Shown here piece after piece: positions 7,781-16,579 of a stretch of DNA of 39,767 nt. The DNA is from Planctomycetota bacterium (GTDB lineage: Bacteria > Planctomycetota > GCA-002687715 > DRQF01). Numbering within the stretch: the stretch's first letter is position 1; each line of letters starts with the position of its first letter. The stretch is from positions 1 through 39,767 of the forward strand of contig JAZGFI010000153.1 in the NCBI GenBank assembly GCA_036479435.1. Reading direction: 5' to 3'. The notes beneath the pieces were generated by a model, which saw only the letters and a list, made by a program, of their open reading frames with translations, was not told the origin of the DNA and did not search any database. Made by a program: the position numbers and the translations under genes.

Positions 7781-9264
7781 GTGACAGCAAAAGATTCAAG
7801 CACGAACTGCCCGAAGCCAGGTGGCCAAGCCGCCAACAGGCCGAGGCTTCGCGCCTCTTCTCGCCGATGGAAATGGGCCCGCAGCTAAGAGTGGCTTCCC
7901 GGACTTGGGTACCGGCGATGGTGCCCTGGCGCGCCACCGACGAGGGCTTTGTTACCGACAACAACGTCGATTGGTACCGACGATTTGCCCAGGGTCGCCC
8001 CGGAGTTCTGGTGGTTGAGGCGACTGGTATTCGCGACATCCCCTCGGGCCCTTTGCTGCGCATCGGTCACGAGCGATTCGTCGCGGGCCTAAGGCGCATC
8101 ACGGACGCGGTGCACGAAGCGAGCGCTGGCGAAACCAAGGTCTTCATCCAAATCATCGACTTTCTGCAGATCCGTCGGCGACCCGAGCCCGAAAAGTTCT
8201 TCGAGCGCTTTCTTAATCTTAACGACGCTCACCGTCGCCGCATGGCGCTCATCGATCGCGGCGTCGATTGGCAAAAGGCCAGCGAACAAGAGCTACGGAC
8301 GCGACTGCTTGAACTCGATGAAGCGGGCCAAGAGGCGGTGCTCGCGCCGCGCGAGTTGGAAGCGCTTCGTTTCGGCGCGCGCGAACGCGTTTGGGATCTA
8401 GAACACGAACACATCCGCGAACTTCCCAAGGTCTTGCCGGCCCTGTTCGCCGACGCGGCGGGGCGGGCGAAGGACGCGGGCTTTGACGGCGTGGAACTGC
8501 ATTTCGCACACGCCTATACCATGGCGAGTTTTCTTTCCGCGCGCAATTGTCGCGACGATGGCTACGGCGGTACTCGCGAGAACCGCATCCGCTTGCCGCT
8601 CGAAGTCATCGCGGCCAGCCGTGCGAAAGTCGGCGCCGACTTCGCGCTCGGATGCCGCTTCCTCGGCGACGAAGTGATCGATGGCGGCAGTGATCTCACC
8701 GACGCCACCTGGTTTGCCGAGCAGTTCGCCCGTGCAGGGCTCGACTTTCTGTCGGTCTCAAAAGGCGGTAAGTTCGAAGACGCTAAACAACCTCGCGTGG
8801 GTTGGTCGGCCTATCCCTACACCGGCCCCAGCGGTCAAGAGTGCATGCCGACCGTTCGCATCGATGAGCGCGGGCCCTTCGGCCGCAATCTGCCTTTAGC
8901 GGCAGCGATCAAAAAGGCGGTCAACGCTGCGGGCTTTGACACTCCAGTGGTCGCTGCGGGTGGCATCTGCACTTTTGATCAAGCCGAAGCGGCCCTTGAG
9001 CGCGGCGATTGCGATATCGTCGGCGCCGCCCGCCAGTCCCTAGCCGATCCAGATTGGTGGGCGAAGATGCGCTCGGGGAGCGGCGCTGAGATCCGACGCT
9101 GTCTTTTCACCAACTACTGCGAAGGCCTCGACCAAAAGCACAAAAAGGTCACTTGCCAGCTTTGGGACAAGCTCCCGGCTAGCGCCTCCGGGCCCCTGAT
9201 CCCGATGTCCAGCGATGGACGGCGTCGTTTGCTCCCCCCGTCTTTTGAAGCTGCCGGCGAATAG
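7777..9264 (+). CDS. NADH:flavin oxidoreductase, Old Yellow Enzyme family
   Basis: PAMV, GVLVVEAT, AGFDGVELHFAHAY, RDDGYGGTRENRIR and ARQSLADPDW; Cys-containing C-terminus. Confidence 0.92.
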   Translation: MSDSKRFKHELPEARWPSRQQAEASRLFSPMEMGPQLRVASRTWVPAMVPWRATDEGFVTDNNVDWYRRFAQGRPGVLVVEATGIRDIPSGPLLRIGHERFVAGLRRITDAVHEASAGETKVFIQIIDFLQIRRRPEPEKFFERFLNLNDAHRRRMALIDRGVDWQKASEQELRTRLLELDEAGQEAVLAPRELEALRFGARERVWDLEHEHIRELPKVLPALFADAAGRAKDAGFDGVELHFAHAYTMASFLSARNCRDDGYGGTRENRIRLPLEVIAASRAKVGADFALGCRFLGDEVIDGGSDLTDATWFAEQFARAGLDFLSVSKGGKFEDAKQPRVGWSAYPYTGPSGQECMPTVRIDERGPFGRNLPLAAAIKKAVNAAGFDTPVVAAGGICTFDQAEAALERGDCDIVGAARQSLADPDWWAKMRSGSGAEIRRCLFTNYCEGLDQKHKKVTCQLWDKLPASASGPLIPMSSDGRRRLLPPSFEAAGE

Positions 9265-9321
9265 TCCGCGACGATGGCGAAGTGTCTTGAAGCTGGCGCA
9301 GCCCTGCCTAAGATTTGAACG

Positions 9322-10032
9322 ATGGTTCAAACCAAGCCCCAAGACATCACCCCGCGCAGCCTGGCCCGCAAGCGCACGATCCTCCTCGAGGCATCTAAAG
9401 CCTTTCGTGAAAAGGGTTTCCATGCCACGGGCATGCGCGATATCGCCGCGCGGCTCGACGTGACCGTGGGCAGCCTCTACTACTACTTCAACAACAAAGA
9501 GGAGCTGCTGATCTTCTGTCAAGAAGACACGCTCCTACGTCTTGAGAGCTATGTGGCTTGGATCGACGATCTGGGGTTACGGCCCGACACCCGGCTTCAC
9601 GCCCTTATTTCGAGCCATGTGGCCTGCCTTAACGTGGGAACCCGCGGCTCCTTAGCCCATTTGGAAGTGCCAGAGTCCGACACTCCTGAAAACCGCGCCC
9701 TGCTTCGAAAACGCAGCCACTACCGACGCGTCTTGGGCGAAGTCATCGAAGAGGGCATTCAGCGGGGAATCCTCGAGACTCCAGAGCCGCGCTTAGCCGT
9801 GATGGCGATCTTGGGTGCCGTCAACTGGACGGTGCGCTGGTACCAAGCCAAAGGCGATCGCAGCCCCCGAGAAATCGGCGAGAGCTTCGCGGATCAGCTG
9901 GTGCAAGGTCTGCTCGCCCCCGGAATCAAACTCGAACGACCCGTCCTTCAATGGCCGGGATTTGAATTGGCGGCGCCTTCTGTGCCGTCCTTGGAGTCAG
10001 CCAACCTTGACAAGGGAATGGACGATGACTGA
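9322..10032 (+). CDS. TetR/AcrR family regulator (KstR2/PaaR-like C-terminus)
   Basis: FREKGFHATGMRDIAARLDVTVGSLYYYFNNKEELL; ILGAVNWTVRWY. Confidence 0.93.
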   Translation: MVQTKPQDITPRSLARKRTILLEASKAFREKGFHATGMRDIAARLDVTVGSLYYYFNNKEELLIFCQEDTLLRLESYVAWIDDLGLRPDTRLHALISSHVACLNVGTRGSLAHLEVPESDTPENRALLRKRSHYRRVLGEVIEEGIQRGILETPEPRLAVMAILGAVNWTVRWYQAKGDRSPREIGESFADQLVQGLLAPGIKLERPVLQWPGFELAAPSVPSLESANLDKGMDDD

Positions 10033-10573
10033 TGGCATGACCACAGCAACTTTGACGATCAATGGCGAAGATCGCACGGTTGTTTTTCCCACGCACCACA
10101 CGCTGCTCGAAGTGCTGCGCGAAGAATGTGCCTTGACCGGCACCAAGCACGGTTGCGAGCTGGGCGAGTGCGGAACTTGCACCGTGTTGATCGAAGGCAA
10201 GCCCGTGCTTTCCTGTTTGGTCTTGGCGGTCGAAGTCGTCGGCCAAAAAGTCGAGACCGTCGAAGGCATGAAGACCGGCAACGAATTGCATCCACTGCAA
10301 AGCTGTTTTGCCGATATGGGTGCCGCGCAATGTGGGTATTGCACCCCCGGCATCTTGATGGCGGCGCAGGCTCTGCTCGAAGCGAACGACAGCCCGACCG
10401 AGGCTGAGATTCGCGAAGCGCTGTCGGGCAACATCTGCCGTTGCACCGGCTACAACAAAATCATTCAGGCGGTGGCTTGGGCCGGGGCCAAGATGCGCGG
10501 CGATCTGAACTACCGTCCGAGTGACGAAGACATCTTCGGCGCCGACATCCCGGAGGGCGTGACCCGTGGCTAA
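10025..10573 (+). CDS. hcrC: 2x[2Fe-2S] subunit of a 4-hydroxybenzoyl-CoA reductase-like (xanthine oxidase family) enzyme
   Basis: GTKHGCELGECGTCTV, QCGYCTPG and GNICRCTGY; AAGGGA RBS before ATG 10025. Confidence 0.85.
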   Translation: MTDGMTTATLTINGEDRTVVFPTHHTLLEVLREECALTGTKHGCELGECGTCTVLIEGKPVLSCLVLAVEVVGQKVETVEGMKTGNELHPLQSCFADMGAAQCGYCTPGILMAAQALLEANDSPTEAEIREALSGNICRCTGYNKIIQAVAWAGAKMRGDLNYRPSDEDIFGADIPEGVTRG

Positions 10574-13097
10574 GCAAAACTCATCGCACGAGCTCAAGGG
10601 TCAAAGCCTCGGGGCCAAAAAGCAGAACCTGAATCTCATCGGCAAGCCCTACCGGCGCGTCGATGGCGAGAGCAAGGTTACCGGCGGGACCATTTTCGCC
10701 GATGACTATCAGGCCCCGCGCACTTGCTTCATGCGGCTTGTGCGCAGCACCGTCCCGCACGCGACGATCAAGTCGATCGATACCACCAAGGCCGCCAAGA
10801 TGCCGGGCGTGCTCGGTTTTTTGACCGGACGCGAGATGCCCATCCCCTTTGGGATTTTACCGGTTTCTCACGATGAACACGCGCTGTGCATCGACAAGGT
10901 GCGCTTCGTCGGCGACCCCGTGGTCGCGGTAGCCGCCCTCACGGAAGACCAAGCCGCCGAAGCCGCCTTAGTCGTCGAGGTCGAGTACACGCCGCTTGCC
11001 ACGGTGGCGAGTGTCGTCGAGGCCATCAAAGAAAAAGACGACCTCATTCAGGACTACGGCGACGACGGCAATATCCACAAGCGCGTGTCGATGGAGTTCG
11101 GCGATGTCGACGCTGGGTTCGAAGATGCGGATGTCATTCTCGAAGATGACTTTTTCTTCGAGGGCAACACGCACTTACCCATGGAGCAGCACGCGACCGT
11201 CGCGATCCCAGAACCGGATGGCAAGGTCACGCTTTATTCTTCGACCCAGACCCCGCATTATTTGCACCGCTCGTTGACGAAAGTTCTGGAACTACCCGCG
11301 AGCCACATCCGCGTCATCGCCGCGCCGAACGGCGGCGGCTTTGGCGGCAAAAGCGACCCCTTCAACCACGAAGTAGCCGCGGCAAAGATGGCGCTGAAAC
11401 TCGGCCGCCCCGTGAAGATCGGACTCAACCGCGAAGAGGTCTTTTACTGCCACCGCGGTCGTCACCAAGTGCAGGGCTACATCCGCACCGGATTCAAAAA
11501 AGACGGCAGCATCACTGCGCAGCACCTAAAGACCGCCTTGGACGGCGGTGCCTACGGCAGCTACGGCGTCGCCAGCACCTACTACACCGGTGCGCTGCAA
11601 ACCGTGACCTACAAACTGCCGAAGTATCGCTTCGAAAGCCTGCGCGCCTTCACCAACAAGCCGCCCTGCGGACCCAAACGCGGTCACGGCACGCCGCAGC
11701 CGCGCTTTGGTTTTGAAACGCACCTCGACAAGGCGGCCCACAAGTTGGGCATCGATCCCGCGGACATCCGACTCAACAACCTCGTCGAACCGAATACGGT
11801 CACGGCGAACTACTTGAAAATCGGAACGATCGGTTTGCGAAAGTGCATCGAAGCCGTGATCGAAGGATCGGGTTGGCGCGAGCGCTACGGCAAACTTCCC
11901 GAAGGCCGCGGCCTCGGCTTAGCTTGCAGTTCGTATTTGTCGGGCGCGGGCCTGCCGATCTATTGGAATCACATGCCTCACTCGGGCGTGCAGATCAAGC
12001 TCGATCGCTCGGGCGGGGTCGCCGTCTTTTGCGGCGAGACGGAAATCGGGCAGGGCTCGGACACCGTGCTCGCGGCCTGCGTGGCCGAAGTGCTCGGCAT
12101 CAACCTCAAAGACATTCGCCTTTGCGTCGCCGACACGGACTTAACGCCGGTTGACCTCGGCAGCTACTCCTCGCGCGTGACCCTCATGGTCGGCAACGCT
12201 GCTATTCAGGCTGCCGAACGCGCCAAAGAAATGATCGCCAAAGCCGTGGCCAAAAAACTCGAAGTGCCGCCCTCGCGGCTTGGTTTTGCCGATCGCCGCG
12301 TCTTTGACGTCGAGAATCCCGAGACGGGAATGGACTGGCCCGAAGCCGTCATCGCCGCCGAGAGCGAGTTCGGAACTTTGGGCACCACGGGTTCTTACAC
12401 ACCGCCGCGCTCACCCGGTCGTTACCGCGGCGCGGGCGTCGGTCCCTCACCGGCCTATTCCTACAGCGCCTGTGTCTTGGAAGTCGAAGTCGACGTTCAC
12501 ACCGGGATGTACGAAGTCAAAGAAGTGTGGATGGGCCACGACGTCGGTCAGTGCATCAACGCCGCGAGCGTCATGGGCCAGATCGAAGGCTCGATCTACA
12601 TGGGCCTTGGCGAAGCGACGATGGAAGAAATGGTGTACCGCCGTTTGCCGAAGAATCGCTCGAACGCACTGGTCCACAAGTTTCCGTCCATGCTCGAATA
12701 CAAAAACCCGACCTTCCTCGACATGCCCAAGATGACGAGCTACGTCATCGAAGATCCCGACCCCAACGGCCCCTTCGGCGCGAAGGAAGTCGGGCAGGGA
12801 CCTTTGCTGCCGATGATGCCAGCCCTCGCCAACGCGATCTTCGACGCCGTCGGGGTTCGGATCGATCAAGTTCCGATCGGTCCGCACATGGTTCTGGACG
12901 CCTTGGAGAAAAAAGCCCGCGGACAAAACCCGCGCTTTGGCCCCAAGGCCTTTCCGACCTACGACTTTGGCACACCCCTGAACGTACCCACCGAAGCCGA
13001 AGGCGGCGATGGCAAGGCGACCAACGTCGAAGACGCCGGCTTAAGAAAAGATCGCGGCACCATGCCCGAACACAAAAAGGGAGGGGCTCGCTCATGA
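10566..13097 (+). CDS. hcrA: Molybdopterin-binding subunit, HcrA-like
   Basis: GGGFGGK, KRGHGTPQ, EIGQGS, GSYSSRVT, GQIEG and GPFGAKEVGQG; flanked by Fe-S and FAD subunits. Confidence 0.8.
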   Translation: MAKQNSSHELKGQSLGAKKQNLNLIGKPYRRVDGESKVTGGTIFADDYQAPRTCFMRLVRSTVPHATIKSIDTTKAAKMPGVLGFLTGREMPIPFGILPVSHDEHALCIDKVRFVGDPVVAVAALTEDQAAEAALVVEVEYTPLATVASVVEAIKEKDDLIQDYGDDGNIHKRVSMEFGDVDAGFEDADVILEDDFFFEGNTHLPMEQHATVAIPEPDGKVTLYSSTQTPHYLHRSLTKVLELPASHIRVIAAPNGGGFGGKSDPFNHEVAAAKMALKLGRPVKIGLNREEVFYCHRGRHQVQGYIRTGFKKDGSITAQHLKTALDGGAYGSYGVASTYYTGALQTVTYKLPKYRFESLRAFTNKPPCGPKRGHGTPQPRFGFETHLDKAAHKLGIDPADIRLNNLVEPNTVTANYLKIGTIGLRKCIEAVIEGSGWRERYGKLPEGRGLGLACSSYLSGAGLPIYWNHMPHSGVQIKLDRSGGVAVFCGETEIGQGSDTVLAACVAEVLGINLKDIRLCVADTDLTPVDLGSYSSRVTLMVGNAAIQAAERAKEMIAKAVAKKLEVPPSRLGFADRRVFDVENPETGMDWPEAVIAAESEFGTLGTTGSYTPPRSPGRYRGAGVGPSPAYSYSACVLEVEVDVHTGMYEVKEVWMGHDVGQCINAASVMGQIEGSIYMGLGEATMEEMVYRRLPKNRSNALVHKFPSMLEYKNPTFLDMPKMTSYVIEDPDPNGPFGAKEVGQGPLLPMMPALANAIFDAVGVRIDQVPIGPHMVLDALEKKARGQNPRFGPKAFPTYDFGTPLNVPTEAEGGDGKATNVEDAGLRKDRGTMPEHKKGGARS

Positions 13098-14122
13098 TGC
13101 GGCTACCGAGTTTTCGTTTCGCCCAAGTCGAGACCATCGAAGAGGCGGCAGCCCTGCTCGCCAAAGATCCCGACAACACCCGCCTCGTGGCCGGGGGCAC
13201 TGACCTTTGGCCCAACATGAAGCGTCGCCATCAACAGGCGGAAACTGTCGTGTCCTTGGCAAAGATCCCCGGCCTCACTGGCATCAGCGGTGACGGCAAG
13301 GCTGCCACCACCATCGGCGCCATGACCACCCTCACCGATATCGCCTCCAGCGAGTTCATGCAGGCCAACTACCCCGGAGTGGTGCGCGCGGTAGCTTCAA
13401 TCTCCGCCCCAGTACTGCGCAACATGGGAACGATCGGCGGCAACCTCTGCCTCGACACCCGCTGCACTTACTACAACCAAAACGAAGAGTGGCGGCGCTC
13501 GATCGACTACTGCATGAAGGAAAAGGGTTCGACCTGTTGGGTCGCTCCCAGTTCTTCGCGCTGTTGGGCGATTTCGGCCTCCGACGCCGCGCCGGTGCTC
13601 TGCGCCATCAACGCCGAAGTCGAACTGGTTTCCAAAAACGGCAAACGAACGATCCCCCTCGCCGACCTCTACCAAGACGACGGCATCAACTACTTGCTAA
13701 AAAGCCGCGACGAAATCCTCACCCGCCTCATCTTGCCCACGCCCGGCACTTGGAAAGCGACCTACTGGAAACTCCGCCGCCGCGGCTCCATCGACTTTCC
13801 CGTCCTCGGTGTCGGTGCCGCCATGAACTTCGCCCCCGACGGCAGCGTCCAAGACGCGCGCATCTTCCTCGGTGCCGTGCGCTCAGCTCCCACACGTTGC
13901 GAAGCCAGCGAACAAGCCATCATCGGCGCCCAACTCAACGAATCCAACATCGCCGAAGCCGCAACTTGTGCCCGCAAAGCCTCGTCCCCTCTCGACAACA
14001 CCGACTTCGTCGTCAACTGGCGAAAAAAGATGGTCGAGCGCTACGTCGAAGGAGCCCTCCGCGAACTCGGCAACCTCCCCGAAACCGTCAAGTCCCCTCC
14101 CCACGGCAACTGGGCCCAATAA
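13094..14122 (+). CDS. hcrB: FAD-binding subunit with [4Fe-4S] insertion, HcrB-like
   Basis: AGGTDL and RNMGTIGGNLC, plus the insert RCTYYNQNEEWRRSIDYCMKEKGSTCWVAPSSSRC typical of HcrB-type subunits; ATGA overlap with hcrA. Confidence 0.85.
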   Translation: MMRLPSFRFAQVETIEEAAALLAKDPDNTRLVAGGTDLWPNMKRRHQQAETVVSLAKIPGLTGISGDGKAATTIGAMTTLTDIASSEFMQANYPGVVRAVASISAPVLRNMGTIGGNLCLDTRCTYYNQNEEWRRSIDYCMKEKGSTCWVAPSSSRCWAISASDAAPVLCAINAEVELVSKNGKRTIPLADLYQDDGINYLLKSRDEILTRLILPTPGTWKATYWKLRRRGSIDFPVLGVGAAMNFAPDGSVQDARIFLGAVRSAPTRCEASEQAIIGAQLNESNIAEAATCARKASSPLDNTDFVVNWRKKMVERYVEGALRELGNLPETVKSPPHGNWAQ

Positions 14123-14127
14123 AACAA

Positions 14128-14190
14128 AAACCGACCATACGGTGTCAGACCAAATTCTCCCGCTTTTCTAGGTCAGACCTAATCATCCCG
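14128..14190 (+). repeat. Palindromic element copy R2 (left arm plus central hairpin)
   Basis: AAACCG-ACCATAC-GGTGTCAGACCAAATTCTCCCGCTTTTCTAGGTCAGACCTAATCATCCCG; close match to the reverse complement of R1. Confidence 0.88.
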
Positions 14191-14253
14191 AATAACTGCG
14201 ACCGGCACGAAACAGCATGCTCGAATACGAAAAGTAGGAGTGGATGCGTCAAA

Positions 14254-14712
14254 ATGGGCACAATGACGAATCAGTTTTATGGGCGCATTTTAGTGCCGGT
14301 CATGTTGATAGGTGCGATTGCCTATTTCATGGTGCTATTCGTCATTAGGGCAACTGGCGAATGTAGCAGCGGAATTGGAGACGCCATGTTGATCAATGGC
14401 GCATATAGAGTCGAGACTCTTGAAATAGTGGAAGCTGTTCTTGAAAATTGCGTTGTTGAGGCTAGAGACAATGGGCTGCGGACGTCCAAAGAGCTTGAGG
14501 GCTTTCTTGAGTCCGGGAGATTTCGGACGGGTTTCATGCCTAATAGAGGATGGGATCATGAAATTGGAATACGGCCCCGAGATCTAAATGGCAATCCTTT
14601 TCGAGTTTTCATCAGAACCGAGAGCTGGCCGATCGTCGTTACGGTGATTTCTGCGGGAAGAGACTGCGAATTCGGTACAGATGACGATATTAGTTTGTCA
14701 GAGAGCTTTTGA
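14254..14712 (+). CDS. Small membrane-anchored protein with a GspG/pseudopilin-like C-terminus
   Basis: N-terminal TM helix; DLNGNPF...VISAGRDCEFGTDDDI resembles the GspG motif DPWGNPY...SAGPDG...DDI. Visibly lower GC than its neighbours. Confidence 0.7.
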   Translation: MGTMTNQFYGRILVPVMLIGAIAYFMVLFVIRATGECSSGIGDAMLINGAYRVETLEIVEAVLENCVVEARDNGLRTSKELEGFLESGRFRTGFMPNRGWDHEIGIRPRDLNGNPFRVFIRTESWPIVVTVISAGRDCEFGTDDDISLSESF

Positions 14713-14719
14713 GACGTCG

Positions 14720-14793
14720 GAGAACGGAGTCAGTCTTCTTTCTCCCGCATTGCCAAATCAGATCCAGTGAACCGAAAGAAAGACGGCTGCCAC
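14720..14793. repeat. Degenerate palindromic element copy R3
   Basis: 14720-14747 matches 16580-16607 at 26/28 nt. AAATCAGATCCAG resembles AAATTAGGTCTGG, followed by a decayed right arm. Confidence 0.75.
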
Positions 14794-14844
14794 GACCGCC
14801 GCTGTCTCTGAATCCGTGACCAAGTCTCCCGTCACGATTCCGTG

Positions 14845-16381
14845 TCATTCCGGGCCGAAGATCTCAGCAAACTTCGATTCCAAGATTCCTACCTCTTCGT
14901 CGGTCAAGCCTTTGAGCTCTCCCGTTCTGTCGCGCTTGGATAGGCGACCGGAATTTTGGCGGAGGAAGCGGGTGGTGAGGTCGACCAAGCGGTCTGGCAT
15001 GTCCACGAGGTTTTTGATGAAGCGACTGAATTCATCGTGCTTCGCCAAGTAATTCACTTCTTCCGGCAGCGTCTTGGTGACCGTTTCTTCGACGAATCCA
15101 CACAGGAACTCTGCTTGCTTGCTGGCATCGAAGTATCGAAAAAAGTCAGCGGTCTCGTTCAGGACTTTGACGTTGCCCTCAATCGTCAGTCGCCAGTCTG
15201 TCAAATCGAGCCGCGGCTTGGAAAAGTGATCTAAGGTAGATTTGTAGGCTCCCAAGCGCTCAAGAATGGCGGCCGAAACCGGGAAGACAAGGCCCGGAGG
15301 GCCGAAGGCTCTCTCCGCCAAGATGTGGTGGAAAAGGTAGCGATGAAGGCGGCCGTTGCCGTCGACGAATGGGTGAATAAAGACAAACCCGAAGGCTATG
15401 ATCGTCGCTTCGAGTACGGGGTCATACTCACTGTTCTTAAGCAGCTCGTAGGTGTCGATGAGGCCCTGGAAGAGGTCTTTAAGATCCTTGGCTCGAGCAG
15501 AGATGTGGACGGGCATGGGCGCCTCCGTGCTCCGATCATGTTCACCAACAAAGCCCTCTTCGCGGCGGCAGCCCTGAGCCATGAAGCGATCGTCGGTGAT
15601 GACGATGCCCTGAGGTACTCAAACTCGTTGACGCTAAGCTCTCGCTGTCCCGCTTCGCCGATGATCCGCCCCCAGCGTTCGATGCGACTGTGCGCAGGTG
15701 TTTCGCCCTCGATGCGGTAAGAGGCAATCGAATCCTCCAGTAAGAGAAAAGCTGCGGCTCGACTCAAAAGTTCCGGGCGGGTTTCGCCGAGGTGATCGAC
15801 GGCGGCCCTTGAGATGTCTTGTGAGATGAACTTCTCGAGCTTCTTGGTCTTCCTAATGAGAGGGCAGAATTGCGGCGTGCCCGGCAAGTTGTTGCGAACC
15901 CGGTGGCGGCGTGAGTTCCTTGAGGGCCCCGGGTATTGGAACTTTTCGTTGACGAGGTCGACGTAGTTGCCGCGCGCGGCATTCTCGATCTTGAGGTCTT
16001 TGCCGGTGAGGCATTCGTAGAGAAACCAAAGTCGCCGACTGTAAGCCCCCGTCGGCTCGGCTCGAATAAGGTCAACAATCTGCTCGGCGTCGATGGCCAA
16101 GTACAGGGCCTTCAAGACTCCAAGGTCGAGGCCTTCGTGCTTCAGCGCGAAAGTAAGGTGGCCGCGCAGGCAATCTTTCGGCTGGTGCCGAATCGTGAAG
16201 ATGCGCCAGTTCCCAACCTCGCGTTTTTGGTGGGTGGGACCGATGGCGTACAGGTAGTCGGGAGTTGGCCCCAACCCTCAATCAATGCCGAATAACCAGC
16301 TAAGGCGATGGCACCCGGAACAGCAACCCCGTGAAAAACGGCGACTTCTCGTGAATTACGTTTATTGCCAGCCATTTCCAT
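14845..16381 (-). pseudogene. Fic family protein, frameshifted twice (near 16270 and 15613)
   Basis: Three consecutive frames join into one protein (GYSALIEG / PTPDYLYAIG...EFEYL / QGIVITDDRF...). The Fic motif HPFVDGNGRLHR is intact. Confidence 0.88.
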
Positions 16382-16478
16382 GAGTCTTTCCGACGAATAG
16401 GCCACGATCGCATGAAAAACGATTGTTCTCCATGAAAAGTGCTTATCTCGGCGATGAGACTCGAAAAATCATGAATTT
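16330..16478. promoter_or_regulatory. Array of C(A/G)TGAA motifs over the Fic start and promoter region
   Basis: Motifs at 16330, 16350, 16411, 16431 and 16470; 16330-16355 and 16411-16436 form an imperfect direct repeat. Confidence 0.5.
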
Positions 16479-16579
16479 CGGCGTGGCTCCATCCACTGCC
16501 CTGCCCCAGGATAGGTGTCGCGCATCTCCCTCGCTGCGGTGTGCTCACGTTCCAACCCGGTCGATCGGGCAAGCTGTAA

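Noticed and set aside
12527..14253. Long N-terminal extensions of ORFs 12527..14122 and 13489..14712 (likewise 9815.. and 23197..)
   Set aside because: These are off-frame overlaps of real genes in GC-rich DNA. True starts are at 13094, 14254, 10025 and 23443.
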